Below are positions 35,401-46,745 of a stretch of 64,000 nucleotides of DNA, in pieces (positions within the stretch are counted from its first letter, which is position 1; each line of letters begins with the position of its first letter). Location: assembly GCA_964187785.1 (NCBI GenBank), contig OZ076419.1, positions 54,002,001-54,066,000 of the forward strand. The letters run 5' to 3'. Source of the stretch: Amphiscolops sp. MND2022 (lineage: Eukaryota). The position numbers and the translations under genes are program-made. The notes beneath the pieces are model-generated. The model saw only the letters and a program-made list of their open reading frames with translations, made no database searches and was not told the origin of the DNA.

Positions 35401-38400
35401 GAGATGGATGCAGTGTATCGACCAAGGATTGATACTCCCTTCCCTCCGTCACTGTTTGAAAACTTTCCTTTTGCTGGTAGCGGAGACTACCCCAAAGAAA
35501 CTGACTATGAACAAAATAAAGAAAATGAGTAACCCACAACACCCGAGTCGCAGAAGCCATCCAACCGCCACCGCTGCATAGATCTCTGAGTTGTCCATTT
35601 GGGACACGACTGGAAATTATACCAAACTCTGTGTATCGTAGCTTGTTTGAATAATTCTATTTGTTTTGCGTAATCAAATAAATTCTCAATATTCACAATT
35701 TCTCTTTGGGCTCGGTCGTATTGTGTGAGACCCTAGCAAAACTAAAAGTTACCTTAAATATTGCCATGACTGTTAGTTTGTTTATTTCTCAAGTAAAGAC
35801 TACAGAAAAACTGGGACAAAATCTCAATCCCTGCGTCAAAGATATCAAGGACTAGTTTATGAAAGGGGAGAATGTTTTAGCAATTTTGAAGAAAACATTT
35901 TAGGTTGTCTCTGTCCGCCACTCTAGGGGTGAACGCTGTGATAAATTCTTGTGGTGATAAATTCTTCTTCATCCAAAAAAAGTTATTTGCAATCAAAATC
36001 TTTAAATTTTGCCACTTGAAAACTCAACAACGTTTCTTTCTTGACAAAAAACTTTCCATCACGAAAAAAGAGCTCACGTCGGTGCGAAACAGACTGCGTC
36101 ACTTTTTGAAACAGTACGACCACGCACGAAAGGCAACTCAATATCCTACCAAAACCGTTACACTGATTGGCTACACGCTGTGGAAGGACGAACTCGTCTC
36201 CAACTGTTATCTAGATATTGAAGAACACACTGATCGTCAACCAAGAACGGACGCATTGAAAGGAACTACGACGTCTCATGGAGACAAAGTCAACCAATAA
36301 ACGCTCAAAAGAACCAAAAACAAAACGAAGAAGTCCCTAGAGGTGAATGACCGACTCAGTTTGCTATTGGCAGTTCAATATCACTACAAAGTCATTTTTC
36401 AAGCAACTAGAAATCATTTCGTTTCAAAACTAAACTACAATCGAGACACACTACAACAAAAACCATGTTCTTCACAGTCTCCAACTACGGAACCCAACCA
36501 GCAAGGCACGAGGGAGATGGAAGATGAGGTACGAGCAAGCGTTGGTGATCACGATGTAATCAGTGACGATGTTCAGTTCCACTGAGAGAATCGGAACTAG
36601 AGGTGGACGCAGTGTATTGACCATGCATTGGTACTCTCTTGCCTCCGTCACTATTTGAAAACTTTCTTTTTGCTGTTAGCGCAGACTAACCCATAGAAAT
36701 TGACGATTAACAAGATAAAGAGAACGAGTAACCCACGACACCCGAGTAGCAGGGACCGATCCAACCGCCACCGCTGCATAGATCTCTGAGTTGTCCATGT
36801 GGGACTCGTTTGGAAAATATACCAAACTCTGTGTATCGTAGCTTGTTTGAATAATTGTATTTGTTTTGCGTAATCAATTAATTTTTCATTATTCACAATT
36901 TCTTTTTCAGTTCTGTCATAGTGTGTCGTATGTGTGAGACTGTAGCAAACTTAGTAGTTGCTTTGAGTAGTGTCATGACTGTTAGCGTGTTTATTTATTA
37001 GGTAAAGACTACAGAAAAAATTGGAGGAAATCTCAATCCCTGCGTCAGAGAGTACCAGAACAATCGTATGAACGAGAGAGACTGTTTTTGCTATGTTGAA
37101 GAAAATATTATAGGTTGTCTCTGTCCACCACTTAAGGGGGAGAAACTATGTGAGAAATTCTTGTTGTTGTATTAGGAACGTTAGTCTTTTCAAAATTTTT
37201 CGCAATTGAAATCTGACGTGACATAAGAATATTACTTCAATGTCTGACACAGTGTAAACTTTTTACTTCAAAACTTGACAGGTAGCGAAAATTTTACTAT
37301 AAAATCTGACGAGAATAAAAAAATTTTCTTCCGAACCCGTCTTTTCAACTCAAACGGAGTAAAATGGGTAAAAACATGTCTTTTTACAAGTATAAACGCA
37401 TTCGAAATCTGTTTTTTTTTTATTCTGACGTTTTGTAAAAATTTGACAAAAAAATGACACGTTGTAAAAGCTTGGCAAAAAATTATGACACGTCGAAAAA
37501 TTTTTCCACAAAAAATGAGAGAACTTAAAGCTTTATTTGCAAAAGTGTGCTGGTTACTGTCAGTCATGTATGTGCAAGTGTTCCGACATTCGTCATTTAG
37601 TATATGGTACATTGTTTTTCACTATTGGAGCATTCTTGTTGCTCGTACTAGCTGTCGCTGCAATCGCGGCTCTCTTTGTTCTTATGATTTGAATTCCTAT
37701 CGATCTCTACAAATCTCTTTTTGCTGGAGACACCGTGGTTACTTTACAAAGATTTTTTTAAAGATACTAAATTACTATCATAAAAACCGTAGTTATGTAA
37801 AAAACATCCTACAATTTTTACCAACTGTACTTCAATGTTAGTCTTTGCTAACTTGTTCAATCCTGTCTGCAAAAACTGATCCTTTCCTGTGTGTTGAAAT
37901 TGTCTTTTGCAAAGGACTCAGTAAAAGTCTTTTGTATTTTTCACGCAACAACCTCTTTTTCGCTATACTCGGCATCTTTCTAACTGTGTTGTGACGTTGA
38001 TTGAATCGTATAGCCTGTTCAACCTTGTCAAATCCTTTTCCATTTTTGGTATCAATCTTTCCAACAAAGCGATACTTTAAAAATGAGTGATTGCAGTCGA
38101 CTAAATGACATGTACAACAAAAGTGTGCAACTTTTGCATCAAGTCGTTATTATCCTTCTCTGCAATTAGCAAAATGTGATAATTTCAATTGGAAACACTA
38201 CACATGGAACCATCGTGTTTAGCAACACAAAAGTCTTGACTGACAAAATACTTTTCCTTTGTGTTTGCACAAGTGTGTGTATACACACTTTCTAGAGTAT
38301 ACAGAGTTGAAACTAGAAACAACGTGCATCATCATGGCAGCCATCTGAATGTTGTGTTTTTGGTAAACAAAATGAATGTGAAAAGATGGAATTGTTACCC

Positions 38401-39350
38401 TAAAAGGAATAATCACATGACTTCCATAAAAGGAATTGCAATCATTACATTGGAAAGATGACGTAATAGTTTTGAATGACAGCACAAATATTACCTTAAG
38501 AGAAATGTCCTCCTTTTTTGGAAAACGAGGCGTAAGCATTTCCAAATATGGAATACTCACGTGACCATATCAGTACATAAGCAAACGCAGTTTCATTTCC
38601 AACCATGATTTCATTTCGAATCGCTCAGTTATTTTTGGCATCATGCTTGCAATGAGTTGCCTAAATAAAAGTGGCCTGTTCCACAATCCAACAGCGACTC
38701 AGACGATTAATACGATCAACCCTACTTCACCCAGAACTCACTCCTGACAAGAACCAGCAGCGAAATGAAACTGCTTTGCACCGATTTTGTGGACTTTGGC
38801 AAGCACCAAGCAATAGTTGGACAATTTTCGTGGTCCAAAAATTAAAATAGTTACTTCGAGGTGCTTTTCAAAGTCTTCAAAAAGGATATTGCCAACGAAT
38901 TCAAGCATTAGCAATGTGTTTCGCTGGGGCAATTTGACTTCAAGCAGTTCTTGAGGTTGAGAAATCAGTTGATTGTTGCTGAAGACAACTTTACGAAAGA
39001 GGAAAGTTTGCCTTGTTTCAATGTTGCAGAGGGGACAGTTTGTCTATGCCAACAATGAAATTGACGAAATTCTTTAATTACTATATGTAATGAATTCGGT
39101 TTGTGATTGTATACCTTTTTTTTACAACTTTGGTTTTTTCAATCAACCTAGTGAGATTGAGTTGGAGAAAGTAGAAACGTGTTTTTTAATTTAAAAACAA
39201 AAATGGGACTTTATCACGTTTGTCCTTGTAAGATCAAAGTCTTCTCAGAAAAACTACTCTATCAGTAGCTGAATTGCAACCCTTGCCAGAGCTCGAACAA
39301 GGCGAGGACGAAAGGTCTTAATTTAAATGGACAGTTTACAGTGGTAAACG
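32500..39350. repeat. Diverged second unit (~75-85%) homologous to 25600-32500: pPolB N-terminus plus small Polinton ORFs
   Basis: Co-linear homology, e.g. 29080-29210 vs 34290-34430, 31440-31900 vs 38500-39000, 32250-32480 vs 39130-39350. The unit junction is marked by a 12-bp duplication GATACACTTGTT (32490-32501, 32509-32520). Confidence 0.85.
35559..36798. repeat. Circularly permuted copy of 29214-30400
   Basis: 35559-35957 matches 30003-30400 and 35970-36798 matches 29214-30042 (~99%). The junction carries a duplicated GTGATAAATTCTT. Confidence 0.9.
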
Positions 39351-39860
39351 TGAAATTTTCGTATGCTTGTTGCCTTGAATCGGCAGTGTATCGTTATCGC
39401 GAGAATACGTACATCAAGATACTGAATTTGAGTTTAAGCTAGAAGAAGACAAGACGCTACTTGCTAATTGATTGTATCCTTTAGGCTACATGGGTACATT
39501 CTACAAGCGGTGCATCGTTTTGGATGAACCCACATTTTATAAATGGGTTTTTTCTTACATGAAATGGTCGTACTGTTTCTAGTCAACGTATCTCGCTTTC
39601 GCTTTTACTTCGGGTTGCTCCGCTTTTTAAAAACTAATGTGCGTTAAAACTTACTTCTTTTAAAAACATTTCGCACCACAAAACGGACCAAAAATTTCTT
39701 TTTGGAGAATTTATTGTGTATACAGACTCTCACTCGGGCAAAATCTTTCGTTTTTCCAAAGTGTTCAAACTACATGACGCTGCCGGCGCTATTTGTTTGC
39801 ACAACGGTAAAGGACCGGAAAACTGTTACACTGGTCGAGGTCCAAACTCGTGTTTGTTGG

Positions 39861-39870
39861 GTCACGTGAC
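39861..39870. promoter_or_regulatory. Palindromic E-box GTCACGTGAC between divergent ORF starts
   Basis: A - strand ORF remnant starts at ~39776 and a + strand ORF starts at ~39940. Confidence 0.45.
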
Positions 39871-39939
39871 TGGACTTTTCTATTGTCTGTTTTTGTAATA
39901 GTTTCATCCCTCCATTTTCAATTTAGTGGTTTTTCAGTC

Positions 39940-40430
39940 ATGTCGCCTATAGTGTTGGATATTGATTTTTCGGAAAGATATGTAGTTGAGGAATTGGGTG
40001 TTTACGTTGATGGACAAGATTTGGATATTCTTTCAAACCACCCAAGAAATATCAACTAACGCATCAAACACTCGGATTTACCAAAACGGGCACAAAAGTC
40101 ATTGGAAAAGAGGCTCACTGAACTATAGCCGTATCAACACCATGTTGGCTGAATTGCGGCAACACAGAGCCGAATACTTTGCAAAACGATAGGAAAAGGG
40201 CATATTTTTGAGCACTTTACTGGGTAAAGAAGTGAAAAACTTAGATGACTTTAGTTGCCCCAAGTTTCAACATTAAAACACTGACTGGCTATGCACTAGC
40301 TATCCCTACACACACAAGACTAATCTACACTGTGCTGAGCGGGAAGCAAAAGGGTTTGGAGAATAGACTGTGCAACATTTCACTTTGTCATATTATTGTT
40401 TGTTTTTGTATTACTGATTCATATTAATTT
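39940..40430 (+). pseudogene. Small Polinton ORF with an acidic nuclease-like N-terminus (possibly DEDD-type), frameshifted
   Basis: MSPIVLDIDFSERYVVEELGVYVDG, a pattern I recall from Polinton accessory genes. The assignment is inference. Confidence 0.4.
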
Positions 40431-40797
40431 AAACGTTTTGTTCATTTTACATTTTTTTCTTAAAAAGATATTCATTTATAAAGATACACTCAGGCTAGCA
40501 AACTAGATGACTGAGACTAACCTCAACTTGAAAAAATTGTTTTTGACGGAAATAACAGTGAACGAAAATCGTGGAGGTGCATGGGACAATCCTGCTCTAG
40601 ATACTTAATTTTGTTCTTGTCCCAACTTTTCATCGTTTTTTTGTTTATAGCTTTGGGTAGCTTTCGGAGAATTAGTTCGGCAACAAGCTGTGAAGAATAT
40701 ACAGTACGGGTTGGAACTTTGGGGTAGCGCAGCAGGACTTATTGTTTCAACGCCGAGGCTATGAACTTGTTGATATCCCGCTAAAAAGCGCGTCTTT

Positions 40798-41440
40798 ATG
40801 TCCATGGTTGGACCCAGTCAATCTGGTGAAACTCAGTTGATTTACGAGTGGTTAACCAATGGAACTTTTCAACCCAACTTTGACGAGATTTATTTCTTTT
40901 ACCAATATTATCAATCAGTATACGACAAGATGCAAAAAGATATTGATTGTATCGAGTTTGTAAATAAACAAAAAAGTATCCTCTCACTTTTNNNNNNNNN
41001 NNNNNNNNNNNNNNNNNNNNNNNNNNNNNNNNNNNNNNNNNNNNNNNNNNNNNNNNNNNNNNNNNNNNNNNNNNNNNNNNNNNNNNNNNNNNNNNNNNNN
41101 NNNNNNNNNNNNNNNNNNNNNNNNNNNNNNNNNNNNNNNNNNNNNNNNNNNNNNNNNNNNNNNNNNNNNNNNNNNNNNNNNNNNNNNNNNNATATATATA
41201 TATATCAATCACAACTTGTTTCACAAGAGCAATCTCGGACACGACATTGAGCTACAAACTCCACACATAGCATTGTTCAAGTCGCCTCGGGATGTTATGC
41301 AAACATATGCTTTTAGTATTCATTTAGGACTAGGTTCCTCACTGGTGGGTTGTTACGGAGATGCAACGTGTGTTCTGTTTGGTAATTTGCTCAGCGATTT
41401 ATCGCCACGAACGGATGATAGATTACGTTACTGACAAATA
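40798..41440 (+). pseudogene. FtsK/HerA-family (A32-like) packaging ATPase, split by the scaffold gap
   Basis: Degenerate Walker A GPSQSGET (K to E), FQPNFDEIYFFYQYYQ. After the gap: IYINHNLFHK, HIALFKSPRD, DLSPRTDDRLRY. Confidence 0.88.
40992..41191. other. Assembly gap (200 N)
   Basis: A run of exactly 200 N, followed by (AT)n. Confidence 1.
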
Positions 41441-42149
41441 GTGGAAAGACTACATCAAGGTTTTACGTACCAAAAAGTTTGAAGCAATTGACATACTTGG
41501 ACGATGAGCACACAAAATCTCTCTATTCTCCACGCGTTCTTTTTCCCGCAAGTGCAAAAGTCAATTTCTCCAATTGTATCCGAGATATTTTTCGGTTTCT
41601 AAGCGAGTGCATAGTAAGCGTACTCCAAGGAAACTTGCACAGCGTAAAATGACATCACGTTATTAAATATAAACGGGAGTTGCACTTAATCTCTTTAAAG
41701 CGGACTACATGGAAGCAAAAACTAGATCTATTGACTCCAGAGAGTTTGTCCCAGTACCATCTTCACATCTCAACAAGCTAAACACAACATCGTGTTTGCT
41801 GTTAAAAGTGGATCTACCTAAATATCAACGTCAACAAACTCCTACGTCCCAAGTTGATTCGCTGAAAAAAAGAGTAACAAAAAGTTGTTTGCCAATGCAA
41901 GTTCATTCATTCAAACTTTTTCAGCATCCTCATTCGTAAAATAGTCCCGCTCTAACACTATCGTGCCATATGGTACAGATACCGGAGTTTTGTTGCAAGA
42001 TTTTGCACAACAATTGCGTAGAAAGGACGCTGACAAACCCTACATATACTTTATTTTACTGGACGCAACCGACAATTCTCTTAGTATAGTGCACAATCAG
42101 AATGCCAAAGCAAAAGAGAGAAGAAACTGGATATCATTCTGAGCAACAA

Positions 42150-42975
42150 AAGCTTCAAAGAATATATACACGAGGTACAGCAGCATATGGCTCAGTGCTA
42201 AATCTGGCAAATGCCACCAAGCTACCCTTTTCCAAGGTTAGACAGTTTTTACATTCAAAAGATTCTTATACAAAATTTACACTTGCAACACGCAAATTTA
42301 GATTTATGAGAGCATCGGCTAGATACAAGAATGAACTTTGGTGCAAGGACTCAGCATATGCATATGTTGATAAACTAGCTAACGATAACAGAGGAACAAC
42401 GTACTTGCTTGTTCGCCAGGAAGTGTTCGACAAAACAAAAGATGTGAAGCGATTGAAAACAAAGGACTCTAAGCAGGCATTTAGAGCCTTTGAGCAAAGG
42501 AGTTCAAAGCGGAAAAGATCTCAAAGTTTTGGGTTGACAAGGGAAAAGGAAATGCTGGTGAATTTAAAAAGAGACGAAATACAAATTCACTCAACATTGA
42601 GTGAACCTCAAGCAGCAACCAACGAGAGAGCTATTCGTTCATTGAAAAAGTATTATATCGCTACAATGAAGACTGTGGATACAAGTATAATCACAAATTG
42701 CCTCAACTTGTTACTACGCTGGATACGAGAAGGAATAGATCAATAGATATGAAATTCAGCAATTCTAACTTTATGGCTGCTGTGCTTTACAGTAAGTCAA
42801 TCAGATACTTAACAAACCAATAATCAAACTTGTACACCGCGTCCGAATTTCCAAGCAAGATTGACCGTTCAGAAAAAGATCAAACCGCAATATACAAACG
42901 AATTTTTTAAAAATGTTGCTAATACTACACGCAAACCACCCACTTATAATGTACATGATGAACAAGGCGAAGGGA
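42150..42975 (+). pseudogene. int: Retroviral-like DDE integrase of the Polinton, frameshifted
   Basis: AAYGSVLNL, NELWCKDSAY (D), WVDKG-like region (D) out of frame, ERAIRSLK (E), and KPPTYNVHDEQGE near the C-terminus. Confidence 0.87.
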
Positions 42976-42979
42976 AATT

Positions 42980-43590
42980 TTCATTTTATGACGCACTTTA
43001 CTCCAAGACGACAGCTGCTTAATACTTAGAACCTGGATTGTATTCGTCCGTAACCGACATTGTGGAAGCTATGACTTTGCTAGAAGAGGAACAATTACAC
43101 CAAAAATTGCTTTACTGTTAAAGTATCTTCTCGCACAGAAAAAATTGTACTTTCACTCAGTAGTGACAACTCTAGCCTCGTCATAGTCACTAGAGACTCG
43201 GGACATATCTTTGGTGGCGATGTTGGAGATGACAAGAGATTTGATTCTAGGTAAGGGACCTCATGGACCACAGTTTGCGTACGATAATGTTCGTATTCAT
43301 TCGTTAATGCTTTTCACTGATATTGTGGAGTACAACCTTGTTGGAGACACAAAAGCATCCTTTTACGTTGCTTTCCTTTCATTTCAAAGCTGAAATCCGG
43401 AGACATAATCACTACTGTACAATGCATGAATTACCAAACTTTCAGTATCATTCAATTTTGTCGCTAATTGAAATATTCCTTTCATAGTATACATATTGAT
43501 CTGAGGGATACCTCGAGTGAAAAGGTTCACTTGCATTGGTCTCTGTTGGCATCACATGTCTTGTGCTACTGTTTAGAAGAATTTCTGACA
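42980..43590 (+). pseudogene. Minor capsid (penton-like) protein remnants
   Basis: LEPGLYSSVTDIVEAM, IHSLMLFTDIVEYNLVGDTKA, FHSIHIDLRDTS. Confidence 0.75.
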
Positions 43591-43619
43591 TTCATTACTA
43601 ACAAAAAACACTGTGCGAA

Positions 43620-43935
43620 ATGGTTGCGTCAAGAGAACTTGAACTACCGTATTTCAGAGGAGTGACAAGACAACGCGCAAGAGGATTGGAGCTCTTGCGA
43701 ACTTTATTGGGAGAATCACAGATCCTTTTGTAAGAAAAATTATCGCTCCAGCAGCACGAAGAGTTGGAGCTGACTTGTTAGAGTATCCTGTAGCTGAAAT
43801 GGCTACAGTATCCTGTAGCTGAAAAGTAATTAGTGGAAGGAAATAATGAGAAATCGGTTTGAAGAAGTGTTGGCAAAAAGACGTTGAGAAAACAACTAGG
43901 TGGCAGTAGCAAGAGAACACGCAATTTCATTTTTA
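43620..43935 (+). pseudogene. Small basic, amphipathic virion-core-like protein, frameshifted
   Basis: MVASRELELPYFRGVTRQRARG, then in a shifted frame GALANFIGRITDPFVRKIIAPAARRVGADLLEY. It lies between the minor and major capsid genes. Confidence 0.6.
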
Positions 43936-44018
43936 CAAAACCCACCATCAAAAACAATGGCTCGCGCAAATACATTTTCACAAACAGTTCACGCTAAACA
44001 TGAAGGCACAAAACAATT

Positions 44019-45243
44019 TTCGGTATCAACATTTTGTGGGCGTTTCTGGTAGTATTAGCGGTAATTTCCCAGTTGTCGATGACGCACTTTCCTCGCATGA
44101 ACAACAAATTTATCCTACAACGTCACTGGATGACAACAGTTTCGAGTTTGAAACTCAAACAAATCGCAACAAGTTCACTGATTTGCGTCAAACGTATTTG
44201 TCTTCGGTACTCAATTTGGTGAAACATCGTGGATTTGATTCGTCAGAAAAAAGTCAAAAAGGAACTCAATGAGACAGAAGATAGAGAGTCTGATGCCGAC
44301 AACAACAATTTTCCCATAATTACCCATCTGAACAACATTTCGCACTCCATTTTCTCCAATGTGGAAGTCAAGTTTAAAGAAACAATCAGCAACTTTACAA
44401 TTCAATTGGACTTTATGGTCATAAATCTTACAAGTCCAACAATTTTAAACAAGTCATCTCTGAGTATAAGGGAGTGCTACATTGTGAAGGCTATGACTTG
44501 GAATCAAACACAGAAGACGCTATGGATACACCGTTGGAGTATCCGTTCATTACAATGGTAAATTGGGGGTTGATTTTTCACTACTTCAGATCTCTTGTAT
44601 CCAAACATGAAAGTTGAAATCCGACTGAATAAAGCACGAGCTAATTTTCACATGATTGGTAGTGACAATCCTAACGTTAGCCTTGTATTTGTGGATTGTT
44701 CGCTTTATACTCGCCGTATTACACTCAGAGACGATTATCACAAAAAGCGAACAAATATGCTAGTATACAGTCCAGTAGAATACAACTGCTTGTAAACATG
44801 TGCCAAGACTTTTATCATTCCCGTCCCGGCAGAATCAATTTATACAAGAAAATTATTTCAACAATGCACCCATCCGATGTATCGCCATAGCAATGAACAC
44901 AAATTCTGCCTTCACGGGTTCGTTCACTGAAAATCCATACTGTATCAACAGTTTGGACTGAGACACATTAGAATACTACGCAGCGGTCAATCTGTTGTTG
45001 GCAATACTTACAATAATTGTCATCTCTATGTTACAACAATACGAGCATTGAATGTTGTTCATGACGATATACCGTCAGTCCTCATTGACAAATTGAAGGA
45101 TCATTATGTGCTCGTGTTTGATTTGACATCAATGCAAGATGAACCTTGCAGCACTCGAAAGTGTAACAGAAGTCATTATATTGGATGAACGACTTTCGTC
45201 GGTTGGAGTCGACAAGTTTGGCGTTGTTTGCAAAAATATTTAA
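44019..45243 (+). pseudogene. Double-jelly-roll major capsid protein remnants
   Basis: PVVDDALSSHEQQIYPTTSLDDNSFEFE..TNRNKFTDLRQTYL, HSIFSNVEV, LYPNMKVEIRL..ARANF, IAIAMNTNSAFTGSFTENP, DHYVLVFDLTSMQD. The stop TAA is followed after 1 nt by the protease ATG. Confidence 0.88.
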
Positions 45244-45244
45244 T

Positions 45245-45634
45245 ATGGATAACATTGCATTGCAACAGATTATTGATCGTCTTCCTCTCCTTTTGTGTCG
45301 GTACCTCGGTTCATTTCCTTCTCATCGTGTCCCTATGGTTCTAAATGATACGTTTGCTATCGTCAATACCGAACCAAGCTACTTGTTTGGCGAGCACTGT
45401 GTTTTGATTGCCAATTTTAAACAGCAGTTGTATTTTGCAGACTCTTTCGGTGGATCATGCAATTTTCTCAAGCAAAACTATCAGAAGATGATTCCAGTAA
45501 AGTTGCAGTCACATCTCAGCGTGTGCGGATTCTTTGCAATATATTCAGCTTTTCATCTTTTCAAGTTCCAGCCAGAGCAACTCACAGGAGTTCACAATGT
45601 AAATGTGCTCTCTTTTGATAATAATTATATATAA
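45245..45634 (+). CDS. Adenain-like (peptidase C5) cysteine protease, open reading frame of 129 aa
   Basis: MDNIALQQII...YLGSFP...GEH(C)...YFADSFG...LQS...VCGFF. The catalytic His, Asp, Gln and Cys are all present. Confidence 0.88.
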   Translation: MDNIALQQIIDRLPLLLCRYLGSFPSHRVPMVLNDTFAIVNTEPSYLFGEHCVLIANFKQQLYFADSFGGSCNFLKQNYQKMIPVKLQSHLSVCGFFAIYSAFHLFKFQPEQLTGVHNVNVLSFDNNYI

Positions 45635-45669
45635 CTCTAATGCTAGTTGTAAAGTGCAGTTTATACATG

Positions 45670-46136
45670 TGATTGTTTTACATTTATACATAATATTTCA
45701 ATTTTTTAACATGATTTTTTCTCTCAACACAGAGTACTCAAGTAATTAGCTCAACCTCTATGGCGGATAAATTATTCCGGTGGCGGTTAAAATGTTCCGC
45801 AGGCGGATAAAATATTGTGAGGGCGAATAATATACTGCGGGGCGTGTGAAATATTTCACGCGTGCAGTTGCACCCACTAAAAACGAAAATTTACCCAAAG
45901 TCTCACAGTGCTCATCTTAATGCATTGCCGAAGCCATTCCCTATCTTTATACATTGAACACACCTTTATACATTGGAAACAAGTGGGCTACAGAACCTTT
46001 ATACATTGAGTCAAATCGTCAGCCAATCAGAGTCGAGTGCGACTCGAGCCTGCAGCACGAGACAAACCACCAGCACTCCTCGAGAAGCGAGTCATGGACT
46101 GGGAAGACCCTTCTCGGCTCTCGGATTGATCCTAAC
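45670..46136 (-). repeat. Right terminal inverted repeat of the Polinton
   Basis: Inverted counterpart of 22328-22790. It contains five 20-bp-period GGCGGATAAAAT-like units (45761-45860) and three CTTTATACATTG copies (45945-46008). Confidence 0.88.
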
Positions 46137-46745
46137 ATGTGGGTCTTCCACCTCCCCCACATGTCTGCTCATCATCTTACCACTTATGATATTTGATAGC
46201 ATTACAAAATGCAGTCATGGTGCTGATAGTTTTTTTGATCACGATCAAATTTTTTCGTGAAGGTATACCAACATAGATATCTTTGCTGAATATTTTGACG
46301 GTTGGTGACCAATGTTAGTTTTTTCAATCGCATTTTTCGGAATTCTATATCGGACGTGGCTTTCAGTTTATATATCTATGAATGATCTGAAAACGATTGA
46401 AAACCTATGAATCCATTGCAGCTCAGTGAAACAATGGAACGATTCAATTCAATTTAATACTACAGCGTCAACTAACATGTAGAGCCTCACTTTGTCAGTT
46501 CCGGAGCTTCAACGTTGCTTTCACTTCACCACCAAAAAATTTGTCTTTGCCCAAGCAATGCGATTTTTTCTGTTTTTATGAAACAAAAACGTTCATCACA
46601 TCTGGCAATAAGACCTTCTTTCTTCAAAAATGTCTTGCATTCTGGAGAAATCTTTTACGAAAGTGGAAGAAAGCTTTGTTTGAATAAAAAGAAACACTTT
46701 CGATAGCTCTCAATATCTTACTAGAAAATTTTCAAGGAAACTCAC

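Larger units (their letters stand above)
22328..46136. mobile_element. Polinton/Maverick (adintovirus-like) element, decayed and internally rearranged
   Basis: Terminal inverted repeats bracket pPolB (-) and ATPase, integrase, minor capsid, major capsid and cysteine protease (+), the canonical Polinton gene set. About 15 kb remains once the duplicated segments are subtracted. Confidence 0.92.

Noticed and set aside
46101-46164. Small hairpins at the right Polinton end (GGAAGACCC/GGGTCTTCC; ACATGTGGG/CCCACATGT) as a Helitron end or terminal structure
   Set aside because: Only 9-bp stems, no CTRR terminus, and no counterpart at the left end.
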